From a virus (lineage: Duplodnaviria > Caudoviricetes), in IMG/VR virus record IMGVR_UViG_3300020047_006434, positions 21,414 to 85,413 of that record: 64,000 nucleotides of DNA; one strand, 5' to 3'. The notes beneath the pieces were generated by a model, which ran no database searches, was not told where the DNA came from, and saw only the letters and a program-made list of their open reading frames with translations. This document shows positions 1 to 9,062 of the stretch, one piece after another (the first letter of the stretch is position 1; every line of letters starts with the position of its first letter). The position numbers and the translations under genes were made by a program.

Positions 1-19
1 CTCCGGTGACGCCGCCGCC

Positions 20-508
20 ATGAATGAGTTTCTGACGGCGTGCGTGCCGCTCGTGCGCATGACCGCCATCCGCATTCTTGGCGCCGGCAATGATATGGTT
101 GACGATGCCATACAGGAGTCGTTGATCAAAGTGTGGCGCAACTTGCATCGGTTCAGCGCTGGCAACATAGAGGCGTGGATAGTCACCGTCACCAGTAACG
201 CCTGCCATGATGCGCGGCTGTCGGCAACCCACAGGCACTGGCACGGTAGTATCGGACTCCATACACTGCAAGGTGTGGCAGCCATCGACGACACGGCGGC
301 GATAGTATGCCGAGACGAAAGCCGGCGCAGGGTGCGTGATGCCATCAGCAGGCTATACCCGACCTACCAGCCGGTTGCATGGTTGATGTACGTTGAAGGC
401 TGCAAGGCGGGGGAAGCGGCGCAGGTGCTGGGCGTGCCGGATGCCACAGTGTACGCACAGGCGAAGCATGTAAAGACGATGTTGGGTAAAATATTGAGCG
501 AGAATTAG
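20..508 (+). CDS. Phage-encoded ECF-type RNA polymerase sigma-70 factor
   Basis: Region 2 signature DDAIQESLIKVWRNLHRF...AWIVTVTSNACHD and region 4 HTH AISRL...LMYVEGCKAGEAAQVLGVPDATV; 162 aa, no regions 1/3. Confidence 0.85.
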   Translation: MNEFLTACVPLVRMTAIRILGAGNDMVDDAIQESLIKVWRNLHRFSAGNIEAWIVTVTSNACHDARLSATHRHWHGSIGLHTLQGVAAIDDTAAIVCRDESRRRVRDAISRLYPTYQPVAWLMYVEGCKAGEAAQVLGVPDATVYAQAKHVKTMLGKILSEN

Positions 509-517
509 ACAGGAGGA

Positions 518-838
518 TTGATAGTGATTATCGAATTCCCAAAAAAGTACAATGTGATTGGTGCTGATAGAATGTTTACCGTGACTGTTCCAGACGAGTA
601 TGCCGACTCGCTGCTATCGATGATCAAGCGGCAACCGTGGATTAAGGCTTCGTGGTTTGTTCTGCCCGACGACAAGGCAATCATCTGCATTATCTCAAGC
701 GCCTACGATGTCACCGACGAACAAGCACACGACGCCCTATGTCGCCTGTGTGAGCACGTCATGTCACCGCCGGTAGAGGTAGACCTAGCGGTGTGGGGCG
801 ATGCGTTGGGGGATAGCACGGATGAGGCGGCGTCATGA
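518..838 (+). CDS. Hypothetical protein
   Basis: AGGAGG upstream; overlaps next start (ATGA). Confidence 0.6.
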   Translation: MIVIIEFPKKYNVIGADRMFTVTVPDEYADSLLSMIKRQPWIKASWFVLPDDKAIICIISSAYDVTDEQAHDALCRLCEHVMSPPVEVDLAVWGDALGDSTDEAAS

Positions 839-1077
839 CCTACACACACCGCAACGGCGAAACCGACACGCCGACCGAACCGGGGCTGTACTGGTTTGCC
901 GGCAGCAAATGGGGCAAAGAAGCGGCCGGGATGCTGCACATTGTGTGTGAGGATGGGATGCTGATGTGGTACCCGCTGGGCGACGAAATGCGGATACCGT
1001 ACAAGGGACTGGAGACGTTTATCGGCCAGTGGTGGGGACCGGTAACGCCACCGTGGGGGAACGATGAAACAAACTGA
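835..1077 (+). CDS. Hypothetical protein, Trp-rich domain shared with the C-terminus of 37516-38130
   Basis: HRNGET.PT.PG.YWF and GQWWGPV..PW occur in both proteins. Confidence 0.7.
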   Translation: MTYTHRNGETDTPTEPGLYWFAGSKWGKEAAGMLHIVCEDGMLMWYPLGDEMRIPYKGLETFIGQWWGPVTPPWGNDETN

Positions 1078-1327
1078 AGCTAGAACCATAGAGCGAAAAT
1101 ATGTGATAGCCGAATTCTGCGACTGGTGCGGCAAGAGAATCGCCACAGGCGACATGTACGAAACCAGAGAGTTCAGGATTTTGTTTAGCGTCGGCGACAG
1201 CTTCCCCGAAGGTGGATACAAAAAAGGCTGGCAGGTTGAGGACTTATGCGATGACTGCGTTGCGAATCTGCGCACCTTGCTGGAGGATGCCGGGATTAAG
1301 ATTAAGCCGATAGAAGTGGATTGGTAG
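1064..1327 (+). CDS. Small putative zinc-binding protein
   Basis: CDWC and CDDC pairs; coupled to neighbouring ORFs. Confidence 0.65.
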   Translation: MKQTEARTIERKYVIAEFCDWCGKRIATGDMYETREFRILFSVGDSFPEGGYKKGWQVEDLCDDCVANLRTLLEDAGIKIKPIEVDW

Positions 1328-1334
1328 AGGAGGA

Positions 1335-1556
1335 GTGATGGTAAGTACTGATGAAATCAACGGTTGGATTTACGATATTGAACCCATGTCGGTAGAGTCG
1401 GCGATAGCGTATCACTCGAACTTGTGGCGCACAGCAAAGCATAATTTGCCGACATTGACTGATGAGCAATTAGCCGTGGTAGTTAGTTTGGTTGTGGGTA
1501 CATGTCCACATTGCCATGATAATGAATTGGACTGTTATTGCTCTTGTGATGATTAG
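1335..1556 (+). CDS. Hypothetical protein with Cys-rich C-terminus; last + strand gene before convergence
   Basis: GAGGAG RBS; CPHC...CYCSC. Confidence 0.6.
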   Translation: MMVSTDEINGWIYDIEPMSVESAIAYHSNLWRTAKHNLPTLTDEQLAVVVSLVVGTCPHCHDNELDCYCSCDD

Positions 1557-2059
1557 TCCAGACAGGTGGCGATCCAGACGCAAAAATACCATCGAAACTC
1601 GGCGTCTGGATTCTCCGCCATGCCTATGCCCACATGGAACTGCTGCCGAAAGAAATCATTTTCGCCAAACAGATGCACCTCGTGGCTTTGGCTGTTTGCT
1701 AATGAGTCAAACATCACCGTAGCGTCGGCTGAGCCACCACAAAGCGATTCAATGTAGTTCTGATCGTCGCTGTACTCGCTTGGCAACGCGCACCCATAGC
1801 CCCTAGCAATCCCATTCGCCCCACGGCCTGCGCTATCATGATGTGACCACGGTGCGCCATGTGCCAAGTCGAACGCCCGCCGCATCGCCCCCGCCTGCAA
1901 CACCTTGCACACCTCTAGCCGTGGCCGTTGCTGCCTGCTGTCGTGTAGCAGCAAGTCATAGAACACACTAACCGGGTCAACCGGCGCCGTGGCTATGATG
2001 GGCAGGAAGACACTGCCGCGGGTCGTTGGTGTGGTGGGGCCGGGGGCTAGGTGGAGCAT
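1553..2059 (-). CDS. CAP/SCP-like domain protein (start refined to the ATG at 2059)
   Basis: WSHHDSAGRG...IESLCGG...SLANSQSHEVHLFG...VGIG resembles the CAP core (H-rich, S..H..., vGiG). Confidence 0.55.
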   Translation of the reverse strand: MLHLAPGPTTPTTRGSVFLPIIATAPVDPVSVFYDLLLHDSRQQRPRLEVCKVLQAGAMRRAFDLAHGAPWSHHDSAGRGANGIARGYGCALPSEYSDDQNYIESLCGGSADATVMFDSLANSQSHEVHLFGENDFFRQQFHVGIGMAENPDAEFRWYFCVWIATCLD

Positions 2060-2060
2060 G

Positions 2061-2276
2061 TTATGACTCTGCGATAGGTTCGGCTGGCGTTGCTGGTGTG
2101 ACTTGTCCCTCTGCGATAAACTCATCGCACAGCATAACGGCGCCTTCCAAGCGGCTGAGCATCGCCTTGGCGTTTGCCAGTTCAGCATCGATTCGCTTGA
2201 TTACTGATTCTTGCGTGCTAATGTCCTGTACTAATTTCTTCTTACGTTCTTTATAATCGATCATCTTTCCTCGCAT
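2061..2276 (-). CDS. Small coiled-coil protein
   Basis: Heptad pattern IKRIDAELANAKAMLSRLEG. Confidence 0.6.
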   Translation of the reverse strand: MRGKMIDYKERKKKLVQDISTQESVIKRIDAELANAKAMLSRLEGAVMLCDEFIAEGQVTPATPAEPIAES

Positions 2277-2524
2277 AAAACAATCACACTGGCATCATCA
2301 ACCTGCACCAGTGGCAACGAACCATCGGTACAGGTTGCGTCTATCCAGTTGCCGCCGTCAATCGTTACCGCCTGTCCGTAGCCGATGGCGGCTGCACGGA
2401 TGTCGGACACGGGCATGATTGGTAAATACACGTTCGCCATGACAGCTTGCACCGCACAAAACAGTGCAATGACGATAATCAGTAGAATGCTTATCGTTTT
2501 CTTAATCATGCCAACATTATACAA
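2261..2524 (-). CDS. Small exported or membrane protein
   Basis: MIKK plus long hydrophobic stretch resembling a signal peptide. Confidence 0.6.
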   Translation of the reverse strand: MYNVGMIKKTISILLIIVIALFCAVQAVMANVYLPIMPVSDIRAAAIGYGQAVTIDGGNWIDATCTDGSLPLVQVDDASVIVLCEER

Positions 2525-2894
2525 CAGTTGGTGCCGAAATGATCATGTCGATGGGGCGTTCGTCATATGATACTGGCACGCCGTCCAAAACAGTCTCAAT
2601 CGGTGTGGCCAGCCATACGTTAAAAGTGCTCCACATTGCCCGAAATTTGCGGATGAACTCAGCGTCAAACGTGCCATCACCAACTGCTGCGCCGTCCGTT
2701 GTGGCAGCCACATCGGCAGCAAGTCCGCTGTAATTCCAGTGCGTTGCGCCGTTGCTGGCCATGTTGATCAGCACCTCTGTCAGTGCAATCGATGCTCGGA
2801 TCTTCGATTCAAACCGCTGAATTGATGACCGGTTGGTGTCGTTGCCTGCCTCCCAGTCTGCAATAATGCGGTTCGCATTCTCTTTAGTTAGCAT
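2517..2894 (-). CDS. Hypothetical protein following tail fibre genes
   Basis: GGAG RBS; overlaps stop of 2884-3714. Confidence 0.7.
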   Translation of the reverse strand: MLTKENANRIIADWEAGNDTNRSSIQRFESKIRASIALTEVLINMASNGATHWNYSGLAADVAATTDGAAVGDGTFDAEFIRKFRAMWSTFNVWLATPIETVLDGVPVSYDERPIDMIISAPTVV

Positions 2895-3714
2895 TTTTCA
2901 ACTCCTCCACTTTTGCCTTTAGTTCCTCGATCTGCGCCTGTTGCGCTTGGATTGCTGCAATCAGGTGTCCGAATAGGTTACGCTCGTTCAGTGCCGGCGT
3001 TTGGTTGTCGGCGTCATTTTCACTGAACCATGCGCCCCGGTCCTCGTCAGTGATGACAATGCCGTGGTACTGCCGGCGGGTTTCGTCAGTCTTGAATCGA
3101 TAGCTGAACAATCTGCACGCCAGCACAGCGTCTAGTGCCGCTCGATTATCGTCCCACGGCGCGATGTCCTCTTTGAGTTCCGCCCAACTGGTTTGGGCTC
3201 CCACCACGGTCCCCGCCGTATCGTTGGCGGCGCTGGCCGGCGCTGCCGTGTGAATGCGTAGATTCGCACTGGCATCTACCCATAGGCTGTAAGGCGTCCC
3301 GCTCCGGTTGTATAGCTGCACGCTGCCAGCTGATGGAACAGTTGCATTGCTGTTTCGTCCAACGCTGACATACGGGCCGGCGATGGTGTTGCCTAGGTCG
3401 TCACTGAATAACTCCACAAGCGACAGCGCAGCGCGCGAATAGACACCGAAGCGATAGACGGCATTGTAATACGCCATGAAGGCATACGCGGTGTTCGATG
3501 CCGGCATTGACGCCTTGACGGCGTTAATATTGGTTGCCGATGGCGCAAATGTTTGTTCAGCGGTAAAGCTCTGCGAATTTGCCAGAACCGCAAACCTGCT
3601 GATATTAACTTTCCTATCCTTATCTGTGGCACCAGCACTATCATCGTAGATCCCCAGGTAATCACCGCTAGTCGGATTGGTACATTCATTTAACTGCTCA
3701 ACATATCTCGTCAT
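2884..3714 (-). CDS. Tail fibre/spike protein with C-terminal intramolecular chaperone (peptidase S74-like)
   Basis: TSWAELKEDI cleavage-site motif, LFSYRFK, HGIV, terminal coiled coil LIAAIQAQQAQIEELKAKVEEL. Confidence 0.8.
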   Translation of the reverse strand: MTRYVEQLNECTNPTSGDYLGIYDDSAGATDKDRKVNISRFAVLANSQSFTAEQTFAPSATNINAVKASMPASNTAYAFMAYYNAVYRFGVYSRAALSLVELFSDDLGNTIAGPYVSVGRNSNATVPSAGSVQLYNRSGTPYSLWVDASANLRIHTAAPASAANDTAGTVVGAQTSWAELKEDIAPWDDNRAALDAVLACRLFSYRFKTDETRRQYHGIVITDEDRGAWFSENDADNQTPALNERNLFGHLIAAIQAQQAQIEELKAKVEELKNAN

Positions 3715-3723
3715 CTAAACTCC

Positions 3724-6700
3724 TTACGCCGCCTCGTACATGACGGTCATCTGAATAATACTATTGTTCGCAAAGTCGGCGTGCGTCAGTGCAGTATAGG
3801 AAGCGCTTGCCGCAGTGTGGCCGACCAGTGCAATGGTGGTGGCACTGGTATCCACCATGCCAGCCATGTAGACAAAGCTCGTTGTCATCTGATACCAGAC
3901 CACATTGGCGATGGAATTGATTGTCGCTGCATGTGTTGCCGGTAGCCCACTGATTTTTGCAGCACCGGTTGACGAACCCTTCGCTGATAGGTAGATATAC
4001 GCACTGGCAAACACCATTTTGCCAACCTTGATGTAGCGGCCGGAGCGGGCCGTGTAGGTTAGCCCTGTACTGCCACCGCCGAAAGTGATGGCCGGCGTCC
4101 AGCTAGATACCGTGCCAATGGTGCCAATGTCGGTGATGTCGTTACCATTCATGTCCAGATCGCCGGTTAAACCGGCGATCCCCGTGCTGCCCGTAAACGT
4201 GATGCCGGATGTAACAGAACCACCACTGTAAGACGCTATAGATGCGGTCGTGCTGGTCAGCCCGATAGCGCCGCTAGTAGCGCCAGCGTTGGTGTAGCCT
4301 GTCAGCCCGATGGCGCTTGTGTTTCCGTATACTGATAAATTCGCCGTTACGTTACCATTGCTGTTGTATGCGGTAATGTCAGCCGTGCCAGCGGCGTTGG
4401 TAGAGTCGCCATCATTGGCTATGCTACGTCCCGCGGACATGTAGACCCGTGCTGGCGACAGGTCCGACAACGCCCACAATCGCCCCGATTTGTTGCCGTC
4501 AGTAAAAGTGTTCGTGCGGTAAAATGTGATACCGGCTGCGCTACCGTTGGCAACCTTTAGCCCAGCGCTGTCAATGACAATAGTTCCGGCGCCCGCCTTT
4601 AATTTGCCGTCGGTAGCGTCTGCATACCATTGCTCAGTGCCACCACCAACACCCTGAAGCTTATTCGATGCCGCTGCCCATTGTAGATAGTTGTTACTGG
4701 CATTGCCTAATAGCTTCATGTTGCCGCTGCTGTCAATGTACGTTTTCCAGTCCGTGCCGTTGTGATAGCCCATATAGTTGCTACCCAGAAACAGGCCAGC
4801 GCCCCCAGGTGTGACAGCCGTTGCGGGAATCACCGACGTTACCAGATTGTTGCTACCATTAATAGCCGTGTAGGCCCTGCTGGCCCCGGTCACTTGGTTG
4901 GCAGTTGTCTTGAAATACGTTGACCCATCCGGTACGGCGTCAATGGTGGCGGTGATGTTACTAAAATCGGTTTTCGCAGCGTTGCCACCGGTGACCGTGA
5001 TTGACCCGTAGACCGTCACAGTGCCAGGATACGCCGCCGATCCGATAGTCATAGCGCCGGTGGTTGGGTTGAATAGTAACCCCGTCGTGCTGTCAGCATC
5101 CACGTCAGTGCCCAGTCGAAATTCACCACCACTGGTAATGCGCGCCGTCGGATTGCCGTTGTTCCACTCGCTGTCAACGTTGTAGCTGAACATTTGCAGG
5201 TTGCTATTGACGATGTACGGCGCCGATGCGTCCGACAGGTCGGTGCTGGTGACCATGCCATACTGCTCGATACCAGACACCCCAGGCAGCCCCACGCCGT
5301 CGAGTCTCCCCAGACGTGTGTGCGGCGTGATGTCGCCATTCCACGGCTCTAGCCCGCTGGTAAAAATATCAATATAGGGTGCATAATTCTGATCAGCCGT
5401 CAACAGGATGCGCCCGTCGCCTTGAGTGCCGTAACTGATGACGGCTGCACCAGCAGGAAGAATAATGCCGTCACTCCCGCCGCTCTGCCGGGTGTAGTAA
5501 TAGCGGTAATAGTCGGTCATGTCCTCAATACGGGTGACGGTTGCCCACACATCATAGAGGTCAATGCCTGGCGATGTGTTACCCAGAGACTTGCACCGCA
5601 GCGTGTCACCCACGCCGAAAATGGTAGCGTGCCCAGACGCAGGGTCAGTAATCTCAAAATAGTTTTCAATCCAGCGCCGCGTAATCTGTGTGCCGCTGCC
5701 CGTGCCGCTGGTTGTACGAATGTCTATCTGTGTGCCGCTGCCCGTGCCGGATGTCGTGCGAATATCGAAAACGCTTTCGACGCCAGTGGTCACATTGACC
5801 GTGGCGTCATTCTCAAGCTTACCAGCCGGTGCCACCACCAATGTTCCGCCGCTGGCGTGAAATTCGTCCATTACGAAAATAGACGCGTGCAATTCGCCGC
5901 GAATCCAGGCGTTATTGAATTCGGCATTGCCGGCTGGTGTTACTTGCCACCCCGTCAACCCTGACACGAAGCCAGGGTTGCCGCTCTGCAAATTGCCGAC
6001 GGAATCCAGCACAATCAATTCTTGCCCCGCGCTGTCCTCTGCGCGCAACATGCGCCCAGTTTGCGAAGCCTTTTGTTTGAGGAACAATGTAATGTCATCG
6101 GTGGCACTGGCCAATACCTTGAGCGCAGACGTGCTGTCGAATGCAGTGTTGACGCCAGCCCCTGTTGCGCCAACGTTGATGATACCGGTGCCGTTTGCTA
6201 CTAGGCTAAAGGCGTCCGTGCCGCTGCGATAGATGCCGGTATTGGTGTCGCTCAGAAACGAAAAAGCCGGAGTGCCAACGGCGCCATCACTTGCCTGGAT
6301 TTCGCCAGTGTTGGTAAAACGTACTTTTCGCCCAGCGGTGAATGTGGCGTGATCCATTGTTCGGCTACTGGCGCCGCTTGATGCGTGAAAAATCAGGTCA
6401 ATGGAGCTTGACGGATTGGGTACGAACAGCCCGGCCGCGTCATTGGCGCCTATGTTGTCAATGCACCATAGGTTGCCCGATGCGTCCCATTTTGCGTTAT
6501 GCCCTAACCAGATACGGCTATAACTATTGTCGGCGTCCAATAGCCCCTGAACTACAGCGCCGCCACTATCGGTAGCATTGTAGGTCGAACGTAACGCGCC
6601 CACCGTCTGCACGGTGGTTCCGGCCGGCTGCAACGACAATGTGCCGCTGGCCGTGTCGATCAATGGCGTGCGGACCTTTGTGGTTGCCGTAAACTGTGGC

Positions 6701-7107
6701 AAAGTCAGCAGCCCCGCGGTGGCTTTTAGTATCGATTCAGTGGTGCCAGGCGCAGCCGATGGCGTGAGTAAGCCTAGCGTATCGGTAGCTGTTGCACCAA
6801 CAACCGACAACGCAGCGCCGGTAATGGTATGATCGGACGATGACACAACGTCATGCTGGCGGGCATGATGAGCGTCCGGGTTGGCGGTGTGGCTGTTAAA
6901 TGTCGTCGTAGTCACAGCCCACGGCGCCTGGCTCGTTGATAATGTGCCGGTATGGTAAGCGCCGTCGATGGCGTGTGCCGTTAATCCGGCCGCCGCCTGT
7001 GTACCCGTGTTGATACGTGCCAGTCGCTGCACCAGATATGGTTCTAATTCGCTGGCCAGTACTGCCAGGTGTTTGCTTCTCTCCGCCTTACGTGCTAAAT
7101 CTGCCAT
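3724..7107 (-). CDS. Large tail fibre / receptor-binding protein (1127 aa)
   Basis: G/T/S/A-rich beta-type sequence; GNPGFVSGLTGWQVTPAGNAEFNNAWIRGELHAS tail motif; C-terminal WTPAITF...GRYIKVGKMV receptor-binding-type domain. Confidence 0.8.
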   Translation of the reverse strand: MADLARKAERSKHLAVLASELEPYLVQRLARINTGTQAAAGLTAHAIDGAYHTGTLSTSQAPWAVTTTTFNSHTANPDAHHARQHDVVSSSDHTITGAALSVVGATATDTLGLLTPSAAPGTTESILKATAGLLTLPQFTATTKVRTPLIDTASGTLSLQPAGTTVQTVGALRSTYNATDSGGAVVQGLLDADNSYSRIWLGHNAKWDASGNLWCIDNIGANDAAGLFVPNPSSSIDLIFHASSGASSRTMDHATFTAGRKVRFTNTGEIQASDGAVGTPAFSFLSDTNTGIYRSGTDAFSLVANGTGIINVGATGAGVNTAFDSTSALKVLASATDDITLFLKQKASQTGRMLRAEDSAGQELIVLDSVGNLQSGNPGFVSGLTGWQVTPAGNAEFNNAWIRGELHASIFVMDEFHASGGTLVVAPAGKLENDATVNVTTGVESVFDIRTTSGTGSGTQIDIRTTSGTGSGTQITRRWIENYFEITDPASGHATIFGVGDTLRCKSLGNTSPGIDLYDVWATVTRIEDMTDYYRYYYTRQSGGSDGIILPAGAAVISYGTQGDGRILLTADQNYAPYIDIFTSGLEPWNGDITPHTRLGRLDGVGLPGVSGIEQYGMVTSTDLSDASAPYIVNSNLQMFSYNVDSEWNNGNPTARITSGGEFRLGTDVDADSTTGLLFNPTTGAMTIGSAAYPGTVTVYGSITVTGGNAAKTDFSNITATIDAVPDGSTYFKTTANQVTGASRAYTAINGSNNLVTSVIPATAVTPGGAGLFLGSNYMGYHNGTDWKTYIDSSGNMKLLGNASNNYLQWAAASNKLQGVGGGTEQWYADATDGKLKAGAGTIVIDSAGLKVANGSAAGITFYRTNTFTDGNKSGRLWALSDLSPARVYMSAGRSIANDGDSTNAAGTADITAYNSNGNVTANLSVYGNTSAIGLTGYTNAGATSGAIGLTSTTASIASYSGGSVTSGITFTGSTGIAGLTGDLDMNGNDITDIGTIGTVSSWTPAITFGGGSTGLTYTARSGRYIKVGKMVFASAYIYLSAKGSSTGAAKISGLPATHAATINSIANVVWYQMTTSFVYMAGMVDTSATTIALVGHTAASASYTALTHADFANNSIIQMTVMYEAA
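5684..5767 (-). repeat. 42-bp tandem duplication encoding DIRTTSGTGSGTQI twice
   Basis: atctgtgtgccgctgcccgtgccg at 5684 and 5726. Confidence 0.85.
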
Positions 7108-9062
7108 TAAAGTTTACCCACATCCCAAGGTGATGGCATACCAGCTGGTTCAATCTGAAGGTTGCCGTCTCGGTAGTCAGCGCGTTCAATAAAAATATTG
7201 GCAAGGCCGGCCAGCGCGTCAACTGACCGTGGTATGTCGGCCAACTGTATCCACCGCGCCACCGGCAGCCAGCCATCAGTGATAAGCCCGCCCGCTGGCC
7301 AACCAACCTGCCCAGTCGAGCGCAGCACAATGTCACCCTCGCCCGCCGTCGGTTGCGCGTAAATCTTCAGCGCCCCGTCTGGTGTGACCGTGGCCAGCAT
7401 CCGATTAGCGGTACTCGTGCCGCTGGCTAGTAGATCATCAATCTCTGCCTTGGCGGTTTTGTCACCTTCGCGATACTGATTGCTGTATACGCCGCTTGAA
7501 TCAACCACATCAATGGTGCTAAAAAACTGGCCAACACCGTCGTAAATACTATCGACCTGCGTGGTGGTGAGTTCGGCACCAAGAATGCGAAACGCCAGAT
7601 CTGCGTCGTTGTAGCGCGTTGTCCATGCGCTACCGGTGTAGAGTTTCAGTGACCCGCGACTATAGCCTAAATCCTCATCCACATCGACTGCGTAATAGTT
7701 GGCGATTTCATTGCTGCTTGTGCGGCTAATGACAATCCAGTAGGTTGTGCCGTAGGCAATGGCCTGCGTGTTGCCGAGATCAAACACAATCCAGTCGCTA
7801 TCTGTACCGATGTCGGCGGACGCAACGGTGGCATAGACCAACACGCTACCGGGTGATCCTGACGAATCGCTGCACAGTTCGACCTTGGCTGAATCGGCCG
7901 GCGCCCCGACCTTTTTCATGTTGATCTCAATTTTGTCTACCGTCCAGGTATTGTCAGCCGCGAGGCTGAACGACTGTGCGACTTTTTGACCATGCACCAC
8001 AAAGGTGACTGATGCGCTTGGTAGTTCGTTTGTGAATGTTGTTTCGGTTGTCACGCTGCCAAACTGTGCAATGGTGACTGATGCGCCAGCACTCGCCGTA
8101 CTGATGGACTGCGTGACGGTAATGTGGTCAGCCGCTGCCGATTTGACGCGCATCGTGCCATTGTTGGATGCGCTGCCGCTAATGGTGATGATGTCATCCT
8201 GCGACAAAAACCCCATGCCCGATGCGCTGTCGAGCACATCGTCAGTCGTGTCAAACGAGATAGTGGTAGCGGTATAGCTCTCGCCATCGTTCCCCCGTCC
8301 GGTGATGAGGTGAGCGCCATTATTTGACGCGCTGCCGGTCACCTGCACACGGTGATCTGACAGGAGTTCATCAAGCCGGTTGCCGCTGTCATGGATGCGC
8401 CCGTCACTGGTAAAGGCGATGGTGGAGGCGGTGAATCCCTGCCCTAGCGCCTGCTGCTGGCCGCCGGTACTGTGCTCCTCCTTGCCGGCGCTGTTGCTGT
8501 AATAGCGCCAGTCTAGTGTGTCGTACAGCCCGATACAGCGCAACGTAGCCATTGGTGTGCCACCGGGCGTGATGCGCAGTACCGGCTGCGGCTGGCCGAA
8601 CGCGGCCAACAACGTGTCGCGCTGCGCCTCGGCTTGCGTCAGGTTGGTGTCGCTCATGCTGTACATGAGTTCCTTGTAACCATAGCGCAGGATGCTCTCG
8701 CTGTTCTCTGACCAGTCTGTCGTGGCCCGCTCGACAGCACCGCCTGGTGGCTCGTAGGTATAGGCGACCGCAACACGGTTGTACATGTTGGCCAGTGATA
8801 GCCCCACCTCAATGCTGCCGGTTGCAATCACAACCTCATGCAGCATTCCGTACCAGACCCGCTGCCCGTTGTCGGCAAGGATCGTCACCCGATGACCAAG
8901 CCAGCGTGTTGCCTGCCACAATGCCGACAATGGGCCAACCAGCGTCATTTCGGCAGACTTCGGGCCGCCAACTGCTTCGGCGTCGTAGCCTGTGACCGTC
9001 ATGGTGGCATTAGCCGGTATCGACACCGTGTTGTTACCACTCGTGCGAATCTCAACAATCAT
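7107..9062 (-). CDS. Tail/baseplate hub-like structural protein (651 aa)
   Basis: Position after distal tail gene; internal repeated TASTIAFTS/TATTISFDT segments; coupled stop/start. Confidence 0.7.
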   Translation of the reverse strand: MIVEIRTSGNNTVSIPANATMTVTGYDAEAVGGPKSAEMTLVGPLSALWQATRWLGHRVTILADNGQRVWYGMLHEVVIATGSIEVGLSLANMYNRVAVAYTYEPPGGAVERATTDWSENSESILRYGYKELMYSMSDTNLTQAEAQRDTLLAAFGQPQPVLRITPGGTPMATLRCIGLYDTLDWRYYSNSAGKEEHSTGGQQQALGQGFTASTIAFTSDGRIHDSGNRLDELLSDHRVQVTGSASNNGAHLITGRGNDGESYTATTISFDTTDDVLDSASGMGFLSQDDIITISGSASNNGTMRVKSAAADHITVTQSISTASAGASVTIAQFGSVTTETTFTNELPSASVTFVVHGQKVAQSFSLAADNTWTVDKIEINMKKVGAPADSAKVELCSDSSGSPGSVLVYATVASADIGTDSDWIVFDLGNTQAIAYGTTYWIVISRTSSNEIANYYAVDVDEDLGYSRGSLKLYTGSAWTTRYNDADLAFRILGAELTTTQVDSIYDGVGQFFSTIDVVDSSGVYSNQYREGDKTAKAEIDDLLASGTSTANRMLATVTPDGALKIYAQPTAGEGDIVLRSTGQVGWPAGGLITDGWLPVARWIQLADIPRSVDALAGLANIFIERADYRDGNLQIEPAGMPSPWDVGKL

